This document shows, one piece after another, positions 24,403 to 32,160 of a stretch of DNA of 32,160 bases. A program made the translations under genes and the position numbers. Position 1 is the first letter of the stretch. Every line of letters begins with the position of its first letter. Origin of the DNA: Promethearchaeota archaeon (GTDB lineage: Archaea; Asgardarchaeota; Odinarchaeia; Odinarchaeales; JBHLKK01); NCBI GenBank assembly GCA_048939565.1, contig JBHLPJ010000002.1:1-32160 (forward strand), read 5' to 3'. The notes beneath the pieces are model-generated. The model had not been told where the DNA came from and ran no database searches. It saw only the letters and a program-made list of their open reading frames with translations.

Positions 24403-24927
24403 ATGGATGTCTTCGAAGCTATTAAGGGACGGAAAAGTATCAGAAGATTTAACAGTAAAGAGGTTTCTGACGAGGAATTAAGAATGATCTTGGATGCCGC
24501 AATTCGTGCCCCCTCCGCAGGAAATATACAGCCTTGGTCATTCATTGTGGTAAAAAATCCAAATAAGCGTAGAGATCTTGCAAGGGCCGCATATGGTCAA
24601 ATGTTCATTGCAGAGGCCCCTTTGGTTATAGCCGTCTGCGCAGATGAACGAGCTTCAGGTCGGGGGTATGGTTCGAGAGGAAGAAGCTTATATTGTATTC
24701 AAGATACGGCTGCAGCAATTCAAAATATCTTGCTGGCTACCTATGCACTGGGGCTCGGAAGCTGCTGGGTCGGCGCTTTTAGTGAAGACGCTGCACGCGA
24801 AGTAGTAGAAACTCCCCCAGAAGTTCGTCCTATTGCCCTCATACCTATAGGACATCCGGCAGAAAAACCGTATGCTACTGGTAGAAAATCTCTAAATTCC
24901 GTCGTGCACTGGGAGAAATATGGGTAG
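24403..24927 (+). CDS. Nitroreductase-family FMN oxidoreductase
   Basis: IKGRKSIRRF, APSAGNIQPW.F.VV, the internal CADE...QD.A.A..N..L.A..LGLG.CW.G pattern, and ...IPIGHP. GGAGGAG RBS. Confidence 0.85.
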   Translation: MDVFEAIKGRKSIRRFNSKEVSDEELRMILDAAIRAPSAGNIQPWSFIVVKNPNKRRDLARAAYGQMFIAEAPLVIAVCADERASGRGYGSRGRSLYCIQDTAAAIQNILLATYALGLGSCWVGAFSEDAAREVVETPPEVRPIALIPIGHPAEKPYATGRKSLNSVVHWEKYG

Positions 24928-24957
24928 TTAATTCACAACAATGCTTGGGGTGAGGTT

Positions 24958-26361
24958 ATGGCTACAGACCTAGAGGATCTTGCCAGGCTGTCGGTAGAAC
25001 TGGTGTCAAAGCACGGAGCAAAACTAGTTGAATCAAGAGCAGAATCAGGGGAAGCATTCACAATAATAATCTCAGAAGAAGGAATCAAAAGAGTCGATTT
25101 TGGTGAGAGCAAAGGCTTAAGCATACGTTTTTTGATGAATGATATGTGGCATTTCTCATCTCTTGATAACCCTTCCAAAAGGAAAATACATAGCCAAGTC
25201 AGAAATATGGTCAAAGCAGCAAGAATCAGCAGCGGAAATGAAATTATCGAAGTGGCTGAAACCAGAACGGTTAGGGACAGGTTGCGGGTAAAAAGCAAAA
25301 TAGATATTCATAATACACCTGTTGACGAGATTTGCAGCATCCCCATATCACTTCATAGAAGACTCCGGTCTGAAGACAAGACTCCAAGAACGCTGAAATC
25401 TTATACTATTTCACTCGCTGCTTCACACAGTGAGGAGTTCTTTGTCAACAGCGATGGATCAGAGATTGCTATGGAAGCACCCTTTACCGTGATGACTTTT
25501 TCAGCTGTTCTGCAAAAAGATGGAAAATTGGCAAAATCTGCAGATGCAATAGGCGGCACATACGGATTAGAGTTCTATAAAGATCGTGACATCTGGAAAC
25601 CCTTCGAGCTGGCAGATTCGGTTTTGAACCGAGGACAGGTTGCATTAAAAGGCAAAAGACCTCCGAAAGGAGACTACCCGGTTGTCTTGGACCAATCTAT
25701 GACTGGCACATTAATCCATGAAGCCTTTGGCCACTTATGTGAGGCTGATCTCGTTATGGCCGGAGGCATTCTAAATAGAGAAATGATCCAGAAACAGATA
25801 GCAGACGAAGGCGTGACAATAATTGATGATGGTATTCGCAAGGACGGTGCTTGGGTCCCTTATGATGATGAAGGCATCAGGCATGAAAAAACCGCACTGG
25901 TTAAGGATGGAGCGTTGAAAACATTCATGGTCAACCGTGAATATGCAGCCAAGTTGGGTATAAGTCCCACGGGTAATGCGCGAACATCCAATTATCACAC
26001 CCCCCCTATCATTAGAATGCGAAACACATATCTCAAAAAAGGTGATTTCAGTTTTGAGGAATTGATTGAAGACATTCATCAAGGTATATACGTTGAGAAG
26101 TTCATGGGCGGTCAAGCTTCCTTAATTGGAATGTTTCAATTTGCCGGGCAGGTAGGTTGGCTAATTGAAAAAGGACAATTGGCTACGCCTATTCGGGATG
26201 TAACTATCTCGGGCTCAACTCTGGAAACCTTGAAGACACTTGATGCTATTGGTAAGGATTTTGGAACAGATATAGGCATTTGTGGAAAAGGTCAACAGAT
26301 AAGCGTTGGAAGTGGAGGGCCTCCCATAAGAGTTCCAAAGCTCAGCGTTGGAGGAGAGTAG
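24958..26361 (+). CDS. tldD: TldD-family metalloprotease
   Basis: HEAFGHLCEAD (HExxxH) motif, the C-terminal GNARTSNY...P..RMRNTY pattern, and adjacency to a PmbA-like partner. Confidence 0.9.
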   Translation: MATDLEDLARLSVELVSKHGAKLVESRAESGEAFTIIISEEGIKRVDFGESKGLSIRFLMNDMWHFSSLDNPSKRKIHSQVRNMVKAARISSGNEIIEVAETRTVRDRLRVKSKIDIHNTPVDEICSIPISLHRRLRSEDKTPRTLKSYTISLAASHSEEFFVNSDGSEIAMEAPFTVMTFSAVLQKDGKLAKSADAIGGTYGLEFYKDRDIWKPFELADSVLNRGQVALKGKRPPKGDYPVVLDQSMTGTLIHEAFGHLCEADLVMAGGILNREMIQKQIADEGVTIIDDGIRKDGAWVPYDDEGIRHEKTALVKDGALKTFMVNREYAAKLGISPTGNARTSNYHTPPIIRMRNTYLKKGDFSFEELIEDIHQGIYVEKFMGGQASLIGMFQFAGQVGWLIEKGQLATPIRDVTISGSTLETLKTLDAIGKDFGTDIGICGKGQQISVGSGGPPIRVPKLSVGGE

Positions 26362-27696
26362 ATGAGTGATATTCTGGAAAAAACAATAAAAAGAGCTGAA
26401 AAAAAAGGAATTGAGGCCGAAATCTTCTTCGTATATCGAGAGGTTACAGACTGTAGCTTTGAGAACAATATCTTGAATGAATTTGGAACCGGAGTCTCAA
26501 GAGGTGTTGGCATTAGAGTAATTCGAAACAACAAGCTGGGTTTCTCCTCAACAAACACAATTACAGAAAGAAGTCTGGAGAGGGGCCTGGATAGGGCAAT
26601 AGCCCTAGCAAAAGTCAATCGTAAGAATCCTTTTATTGGTTTTGCAGAAGCTAAGAAGGACCACAACCAAGCTTTTCTTGATCCGAAAGTCTCCAACTTG
26701 CCTTACAGCTACTTCCTTGAGAACGCGAGAAATATGCTAGCCAATACTCAAGACACCCTCAAAAAAAGAGGAATAGATGCAGTAATTAGCGGAGGACTTG
26801 TAAGAGGCGTAGGCAGAGTGAGGATTCTAAATACCCTGGGGTTGGATATCCAGTATGAGAAGTCGATACTTAAGAAAGGAATCGGTGGTAAAGCAATAAA
26901 TCCCCCTTCTCTCGAGTGCGGGGTCTCGGAGTCTCTTGCCAAAGGGGTCGGGAAGTCTGTAGAAGAACTAAGCGATGAATTTGTTAGGACTTTGGCATTT
27001 TCGCTAAAACCTGAAAAAGTTGACAAAATCAGTGGTCATGTATTATTTCACCCGGACTCTTTTGCTCAAGTATTGTCCTATACATTAGGACCCGCCATAA
27101 GTGGGGAGAATGTATGCAGAGGTCGAAGCTTTCTGGCCAATTCAATAAATAAAAAGATAGCTTGTGAAAAGCTTCAGATTTATGACTGGGGCAACTTGGA
27201 GAGTCTCTTTAACTCTCGTCCTTATGATGGAGAGGGAACGCCCACTAGAAAAAATGAAATAATAGAGGCCGGTATTCTCAAATCCTTCATTTATGACATT
27301 GAATGGGGTAGGAGAGCAGGAGAGGGAAGCACTGGTAACGCACAGAGAAGTTTCAGCGGCGTTCCCATGATAGCTTTGAGCAGCTTCTTTATACCGCCTA
27401 CTGCCAAAGCATCATTGATGGAACAGCTGGATTCAGCGTACTATGTACGTGATGTTAGCGGAGCCCACACCTCAAATAGTGTAACTGGTGACTTTGGGGT
27501 AGGGATCATACAGGCCTATAGGATTAAACATGGGGAAATTGAGAAACCAGTATACGGAGCAACTATTGTGGATAACTGCATTAGTCTTCTGAAATCGGTT
27601 CAAGAAGTAGACAATGATGTTGAAAATCTTCAGCTTTCTGGAGGATCTGTAGCCATACATTCTGGAAAAATCTTAACATACATGAAGAGAGCTTAG
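26362..27696 (+). CDS. pmbA: PmbA/TldE-family protein (TldD partner, lacks HExxxH)
   Basis: Starts directly after the tldD stop. Same fold family by length and C-terminal motifs (YDGEG.PT, GNA.RS....P....S....P, GDF). No HExxxH motif. Confidence 0.85.
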   Translation: MSDILEKTIKRAEKKGIEAEIFFVYREVTDCSFENNILNEFGTGVSRGVGIRVIRNNKLGFSSTNTITERSLERGLDRAIALAKVNRKNPFIGFAEAKKDHNQAFLDPKVSNLPYSYFLENARNMLANTQDTLKKRGIDAVISGGLVRGVGRVRILNTLGLDIQYEKSILKKGIGGKAINPPSLECGVSESLAKGVGKSVEELSDEFVRTLAFSLKPEKVDKISGHVLFHPDSFAQVLSYTLGPAISGENVCRGRSFLANSINKKIACEKLQIYDWGNLESLFNSRPYDGEGTPTRKNEIIEAGILKSFIYDIEWGRRAGEGSTGNAQRSFSGVPMIALSSFFIPPTAKASLMEQLDSAYYVRDVSGAHTSNSVTGDFGVGIIQAYRIKHGEIEKPVYGATIVDNCISLLKSVQEVDNDVENLQLSGGSVAIHSGKILTYMKRA

Positions 27697-28418
27697 TTTT
27701 TCCAATCCTCGATGAATCTAAGAAGGCCTGGTCTGGGTCTTATGATGTAACCTTCGTCAATCAAATCATTTAGGACTATCTCTACTTCATCTTTTTCGAA
27801 ACCATAATCTTTCATTTGCAGGTACACATAATCTTCAGGTACAGCTTCTGTTATTCTTCCGAAGAGCTCTCGTAATCTTGCGCTGACTTCTCTTCTTTTA
27901 TGTTGAGTCTTCGATTTCTTTTCTTTTTCTTTATCTGCTTGAATATCGGTCATAATGTATTTTAAAGACCATGGATTGGGAAACATTACTCCTCCCTGGC
28001 TTGCCAAGATCCCAACTCTCTTGCCTACCCAATCCCAGTCTAATTGGGCTTTGGCACACATTCTGTAAAAATCACCGAGCAGAGTTGATTTGGTGCAATG
28101 ATTCCTCAGTATCTGAAATAGGCGCTTGTCTTTGGACCCCGCGATATCAATCTCAAAATCCACAAGATCCTCGATTGAGTCATCATCCATTTTGGAATAA
28201 GCTTCAACTTCTGATAGGAACTTCTTCTTTCCTCCCTTCTTGTTATATTCTCTGACTTTAGAATATGCTTCTTTTTGTCCTTTTACGATCTTTGAATGTT
28301 GGGGGTTTGCCATAATCATCCTCCCACAATGGTTACAGATCCTAATTCTATGTTCTGTCGGTATAAATGTGAAACACTCACAATTAGGGCAAATGAATAC
28401 CAAGTATGTGTCCTTCAA
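27693..28418 (-). CDS. Zinc-ribbon (DUF1922-like) protein with two winged-helix-like domains
   Basis: N-terminus YLVFICPNCECFTF....IRICNHCGRMI (C-x2-C...C-x2-C). C-terminus EVEIVLNDLIDEGYIIRPRPGLLRFI is wH-like. Paralog of the next gene. The DUF1922 assignment is from memory and needs an HMM check. Confidence 0.65.
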   Translation of the reverse strand: MKDTYLVFICPNCECFTFIPTEHRIRICNHCGRMIMANPQHSKIVKGQKEAYSKVREYNKKGGKKKFLSEVEAYSKMDDDSIEDLVDFEIDIAGSKDKRLFQILRNHCTKSTLLGDFYRMCAKAQLDWDWVGKRVGILASQGGVMFPNPWSLKYIMTDIQADKEKEKKSKTQHKRREVSARLRELFGRITEAVPEDYVYLQMKDYGFEKDEVEIVLNDLIDEGYIIRPRPGLLRFIEDWKN

Positions 28419-28442
28419 AGATCATCCCCCGTTTTGATCATA

Positions 28443-28886
28443 CTACTGAGAAAGAAACAATATGAATCCTTCTTTTGGTCTTAAAAGAAGTCCGTTTCTC
28501 TCCAAACGAATTAGCTGGTTATCAACCCACTCCTCTTCCAATCCCTTATTCTTGGCTGCTCTAATTATTTCATTCTCAGGAATTGCCTTTCCCCCAGATT
28601 CTTCGGTTAGTGAAAGCAAGATTCTCATAAATCGATCTCTTTTAGATCCCCTTATTTGTGCTCCCGAATCAATGGCCTTAAATTCACCCTTCTTGTCCTT
28701 GGGCAATTTAATGAATCGCACGATTTTACTTGCTTCAAATCCATCATCAGCATACCCTATTTTGCGGGCACGTCCTATCTTGATGCTATAATCACATCTT
28801 GGGCACTTCCTTGTTTTCTGAGTTTCCTTTGTGAAAAGTGGAAGTCCACAATTGCCACAGACGAATATTATGTATCGCTTAGCCAT
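28443..28886 (-). CDS. Zinc-ribbon (DUF1922-like) protein with one winged-helix-like domain
   Basis: N-terminus YIIFVCGNCGLPLF....TRKCPRCDYSI. C-terminus WVDNQLIRLERNGLLLRPKEGFILFL. Same architecture as the downstream neighbour. Confidence 0.65.
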   Translation of the reverse strand: MAKRYIIFVCGNCGLPLFTKETQKTRKCPRCDYSIKIGRARKIGYADDGFEASKIVRFIKLPKDKKGEFKAIDSGAQIRGSKRDRFMRILLSLTEESGGKAIPENEIIRAAKNKGLEEEWVDNQLIRLERNGLLLRPKEGFILFLSQ

Positions 28887-29055
28887 TTTTCTATCATTCC
28901 AAGATTCCTGTTATCGCCTAAGAAGATGTCATATTAGTGGTAATTCAGCAGACCACATTATTCTTAGTTATGAATTCACCAATAAGACGCTTTTGATTAA
29001 CTTTTGTCAACTAAAGATTAATTTATTACTTCCCCCTATCGATTCAAAGGAGAAG

Positions 29056-29610
29056 ATGGTGTTGCCAGAAGAAAATGTTGAAATTCTTGCAGAACTGAAG
29101 AGTTTCATTGAAAAGGAAATTGAAAGGAAGCAGGAAGAGGTTAATACGCTTAAACGTTTTCTCAAAGCTGTTGATGCTTTTCTTGTAAAAAGCAGTTTCA
29201 AGACTGCAGATAAGCTCACCGGCAAGAAGGAAGAACCTAAGGCTGAGATGATGGAAGAGGCCGTCTCCATAAAATCAGGCAGTATCGAGTTAGCTGCAAT
29301 GTATATTGACAATGACGAAGTCCGAATAATTCCTGTGTCGGAGCATCAGTTCGATCCAGGATTGCCTCCTTTCGATTCATTCTTTGTAAAGAGAATAATG
29401 AATAACATGATAGAAGAAGATCAAGCTAAAGTAGAAGCCGGTGAATTGGCTCAAGAAGACGTTATTGCATTCGAAGTCCGAATTGAAGGCGGGATCATAA
29501 AAGAGATAATCATTAGAAACACAGGAAGTCAAGAAAGAAATAAGGAAATACAGAGAACCATAAGGTGGACTCTGGAGAAGATGTGGGAAAAGAAGATTTC
29601 GAAATCATAG
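29056..29610 (+). CDS. Hypothetical protein with an N-terminal coiled coil and an alpha/beta C-terminal domain
   Basis: I prefer ATG 29056, preceded by AAGGAGAAG, over the track's start at 28831, whose first 75 codons overlap the neighbouring gene and look non-coding. N-terminus ENVEILAELKSFIEKEIERKQEEVNTLKRFLKAVD. No family recognised. Confidence 0.55.
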   Translation: MVLPEENVEILAELKSFIEKEIERKQEEVNTLKRFLKAVDAFLVKSSFKTADKLTGKKEEPKAEMMEEAVSIKSGSIELAAMYIDNDEVRIIPVSEHQFDPGLPPFDSFFVKRIMNNMIEEDQAKVEAGELAQEDVIAFEVRIEGGIIKEIIIRNTGSQERNKEIQRTIRWTLEKMWEKKISKS

Positions 29611-29635
29611 TAGGACGGATTTAAAGGAGGGACTA

Positions 29636-30034
29636 ATGATTCAAGATCTGATCAAGGAGTTTGTTAACAAGAAGAATGTTTATGCTGTCATAGGAGTGAG
29701 TAGAGATCCAGAAAAATACGGTCATAGAGTCTACAAGGATTTGCGGAGCGCGCGCTACAAAGTTTATCCAATAAATCCAAAAATAAACGAGGTCTTGGGA
29801 GACAAGGTCTATCCCAATCTGGAGAGTTTGCCTGAAAAACCCGATGTCGTCGATGTAGTAGTCCCCCCTAAAATAACCGAAGAAATTGTCAAAACGTGTA
29901 AACAGTTGGGAATAACAAAAGTCTGGCTGCAGCCGGGTTCAGAATCTGATTCGGCAATAGAATTCTGCCAAGAAAACGGCATAGATGTTGTTTACGGAGT
30001 ATGTGTAATGAAAGAGCGTGCAGCTTATCATTAA
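29636..30034 (+). CDS. CoA-binding domain protein (YccU/YneT-like)
   Basis: VYAVIGVSRDPEKYGHRVYKDL....YKVYPINPK...V.G.KVY..L..LP...D.V..VVPP...........G....WLQPG. AAGGAGGGA RBS. Confidence 0.85.
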   Translation: MIQDLIKEFVNKKNVYAVIGVSRDPEKYGHRVYKDLRSARYKVYPINPKINEVLGDKVYPNLESLPEKPDVVDVVVPPKITEEIVKTCKQLGITKVWLQPGSESDSAIEFCQENGIDVVYGVCVMKERAAYH

Positions 30035-30085
30035 ATCTTGTCAGTCTTTTCACTTACTAATGATTAAACACAGGTTGAGAGTATC

Positions 30086-30520
30086 TTGTCCGAGAGCTCA
30101 GCATTTGAATTAAAGGCCATTGGCGTTGTAAAAAGTTCTGGACCCGTATCTGAAATAACTGTCTTTCAGGAATACTGCTCAGGTCTGCAGAGTCTTGCAG
30201 AATTTTCACACATCATCATATTATACTGGTTTCATCTTAGAGACGGCAGAGAAGACAGAAGTGTATTGAGCGTGATCCCTAAAAGACATCCCGGGGCACC
30301 TCCTGTTGGAGTGTTTGCATCCAGAAGTCCTAGTAGGCCAAACCCAGTTGGATTATGTGTTGCCGAGATCATAGAAGTAGTGAATTGTACCCTTACTGTG
30401 AAAGGTCTGGATGCGTTTGAAGGATCTCCTATAATCGATATAAAGCCATACCTTTCAGGGAACGATGTTGTTCTTGAAACCAGAGCTCCCGAATGGGCAT
30501 CGCATAAATCCCCCACTTAG
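30086..30520 (+). CDS. trmO: TsaA/TrmO-family tRNA (m6t6A37) methyltransferase-like protein
   Basis: IGVVKS, GL..L.EFSHIIILYWFH, GVFASRSPSRPNPVGL, GLDAFEGSPIIDIKPY. TTG start. Confidence 0.85.
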   Translation: MSESSAFELKAIGVVKSSGPVSEITVFQEYCSGLQSLAEFSHIIILYWFHLRDGREDRSVLSVIPKRHPGAPPVGVFASRSPSRPNPVGLCVAEIIEVVNCTLTVKGLDAFEGSPIIDIKPYLSGNDVVLETRAPEWASHKSPT

Positions 30521-30656
30521 AGTAGAAACCATTTCGAAAATCAACAGAAATATTCGTTTTCTTCCCTGCAAGAATAGGCAAAGTCTGTCCTCTACTCTTG
30601 ATAGATTCTTAAGATTTAGCAGCTTTTCTAGACCCTCGGCTTTGATCCTAGATTAC

Positions 30657-30944
30657 TTATTGGTGTGTCTTTGCTTCTTCAACAACTCGCTGACCTGCAA
30701 CTACCTGATCGATGCTGTGAATAGAACCCCCAAGCTCTTCCAACTGTTGCTTGATCAGATCGAATTGTAAATCAGGACCTACGATGGTAATTTTGATGCT
30801 CTCTGTTTCAGTGTCAACTTCGATCAAAGAGATGTTAACTCCGCTTACTCCATCAAGTCTTGCTATTCTGTCTGCCAATTCGTGCAGTGGAGGATTATGT
30901 GGCTTAAGAACGTCCAGCACAAGACGTTTAATGCCATAACTCAT
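30657..30944 (-). CDS. DUF211 family protein
   Basis: IKRLVLDVLKPHNPPLHELA..IA.LDGVSGVNISLIEVD.ETESIKITIVG.D..FD.I...LEELGGSIHSIDQV matches the conserved DUF211 pattern from memory. Confidence 0.8.
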   Translation of the reverse strand: MSYGIKRLVLDVLKPHNPPLHELADRIARLDGVSGVNISLIEVDTETESIKITIVGPDLQFDLIKQQLEELGGSIHSIDQVVAGQRVVEEAKTHQ

Positions 30945-31007
30945 TTATGTGGCGACACCTCAGAACTTTAAGGCTATACTCGATAGTCTTTTGGGATTAT
31001 TTAAATT

Positions 31008-31703
31008 TTATTGTTCTGATTGATAACTCATACTATCGAGAAAATCTGTCAACTCTGACACCCCTCTAATGGTGTAATCTGCTCCTCCTTTCTTTAATTC
31101 TTCTGCTGTTTTCATGGAAGTCTCCACACCGATTGTTAAGACTCCAATGCTGTTGGCTGCTTGAAAATCCACTGGATGATCTCCAATGACTATTGTCTTT
31201 TCTGGTGCTATTCCCAGAAGCTCGATCGCCTTGCCCAAATGCTCGATACTGGGTTTTGGCTCATCAACATCATCCCGAGTCACAATAACATCAAAGAATT
31301 CTCTAATGTTCGTTTTTTTAAGGACATAACTGGTAGTCAAATCTCTATTCAGTGTGAAGATCCCTAGCTTAAACCCTCTCCTTTTGAGCTCCTCCAGGGT
31401 TCCTATGACTCCAGGAATCAGCGATGTCATTTTAGCACCCTCGAGCTCATATTGCTCGATTGCTTGATCTACTGCTTGTCTTATTCTCTTCAGTTCCCCC
31501 TCTTTCGCCCCTTTTTTCCTCAGATAGTCGAATACTCTTCCTAGGGTTGTGAAGATCGGTTCAGTTGCTGATAAGAGTTCAGCGTCTATATTGTGTTCTC
31601 TAAGTCGATCTAAAGCCTTCTTTCGTGCACTCATGTAATCTATCCTAAACCACACCAGAGTTCCATCGAGATCGAAAATGACGGCTTTGAATTTTCGCAT
31701 CAT
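31008..31703 (-). CDS. HAD-superfamily hydrolase (phosphoglycolate phosphatase-like, subfamily IA)
   Basis: Motif I VIFDLDGTLV, motif II T (FTLN), motif III K plus GDHPVD. Confidence 0.85.
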   Translation of the reverse strand: MMRKFKAVIFDLDGTLVWFRIDYMSARKKALDRLREHNIDAELLSATEPIFTTLGRVFDYLRKKGAKEGELKRIRQAVDQAIEQYELEGAKMTSLIPGVIGTLEELKRRGFKLGIFTLNRDLTTSYVLKKTNIREFFDVIVTRDDVDEPKPSIEHLGKAIELLGIAPEKTIVIGDHPVDFQAANSIGVLTIGVETSMKTAEELKKGGADYTIRGVSELTDFLDSMSYQSEQ

Positions 31704-31730
31704 CGTACTCCCCTGAAATGCTAGAGATGA

Positions 31731-32156
31731 TTACTCGATTTCCATATTAAGAGGCTTTGAAACAAAATCAAAGAATTTCTGCGGGATAAACCTCTCGAAT
31801 CTCATCTTTGCTCTTATCCCATCAAATCTCAGGTATTTGGTTCCTTCTGCCAGAGTGAATACATACTTGAATTCTCTCTCGTCCTCAGGCTTGAGATCCC
31901 TGACTTCCCAGAATTTGCGCCTTGTATCCTCAGAACCTTCCCAAATCATATCTGATATTATTGCTTGAGTAACTTCTTGGTCTGATCTATTTGAGATAAT
32001 GACCTTAACAACATTCTCTCCGTTTCGCTTAATAGGCAATTGCATCTCACGCTCTACTGCTACATTGGGACAAACAAAAATCGGACCTATCTGAACCTTC
32101 GTTCTACCTATGCCAAAATAAATCTCATCGAACTTGTAGTTCATATCTGCCATCAA
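31731..32156 (-). CDS. Hypothetical beta-rich protein
   Basis: Clean 141-codon ORF with no recognisable motifs. There is no in-frame stop between its ATG and the window edge, so the true start could lie beyond 32160. Confidence 0.45.
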   Translation of the reverse strand: MMADMNYKFDEIYFGIGRTKVQIGPIFVCPNVAVEREMQLPIKRNGENVVKVIISNRSDQEVTQAIISDMIWEGSEDTRRKFWEVRDLKPEDEREFKYVFTLAEGTKYLRFDGIRAKMRFERFIPQKFFDFVSKPLNMEIE

Positions 32157-32160
32157 ATAC

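Noticed and set aside
24403-27696. Nitroreductase-fold gene directly upstream of tldD-pmbA, considered as a possible microcin-B17-like RiPP processing cluster (FMN dehydrogenase plus TldD/E).
   Set aside because: I see no precursor peptide, no YcaO/cyclodehydratase and no transporter. The nitroreductase is a short generic NfnB/NOX-type protein, and TldD/PmbA pairs are common housekeeping genes in archaea.
28831-29055. The N-terminal 75-codon extension of the 29056-29610 ORF as given in the track.
   Set aside because: The extension overlaps the start of the neighbouring minus-strand gene and reads as non-protein-like sequence. A strong AAGGAGAAG-ATG start exists at 29056.
1-32160. Scan for tRNA, rRNA and mobile elements (T-arm GTTCGAATC-like boxes, transposase or integrase motifs, terminal inverted repeats).
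   Set aside because: Nothing convincing was seen by eye. The only GGTTC(A/G)AA-like strings lie inside well-supported CDSs. A tRNAscan/Infernal run would be needed to exclude small ncRNAs in the 100-270-bp spacers.

Overview
Densely coding, visibly AT-rich archaeal chromosomal segment with frequent GTG/TTG starts, GGAGG-type ribosome-binding sites and oligo-T terminators. I found no rRNA, tRNA, CRISPR array, transposase or integrase by eye. Two kinds of content are interleaved. (1) Core metabolism and maintenance: a partial GlcD-like FAD oxidase, Ogg2-type 8-oxoG glycosylase, AMMECR1, a five-gene NuoA/B/CD/H/I-like membrane [NiFe]-hydrogenase operon, an archaeal histone, a four-subunit 2-oxoacid:ferredoxin oxidoreductase (porGDAB), the nadX-nadA-nadC NAD pathway, Nnr, a phosphohexomutase, a nitroreductase, TldD/PmbA, a CoA-binding protein, TrmO, DUF211 and a HAD hydrolase. 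(2) An unusual density of eukaryote-like signature genes: three small GTPases, a gelsolin-domain protein and a Roadblock/LC7 protein. One GTPase is Rab-like and stands alone, one is Rab-like and fused to a degenerate M20 peptidase, and one is Arf-like behind a longin-like domain. Together with the histone and archaeal housekeeping genes this points to an Asgard (Loki/Thor/Heimdall-type) archaeon, which is an inference, not a database result. The best candidates for undescribed biology are four. First, the head-to-head pair of multidomain GTPases (15969-18922). Second, the Rab-like GTPase operon with a C-x2-C...H-x4-H plus triple winged-helix protein and a stand-alone paralog of that metal-binding domain (8041-9990). 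Third, the gelsolin-X/Roadblock gene pair (20643-21996). Fourth, the antiporter-less NuoA-containing hydrogenase (3418-7387). All functional calls rest on motif recognition by eye and from memory; no searches were run.
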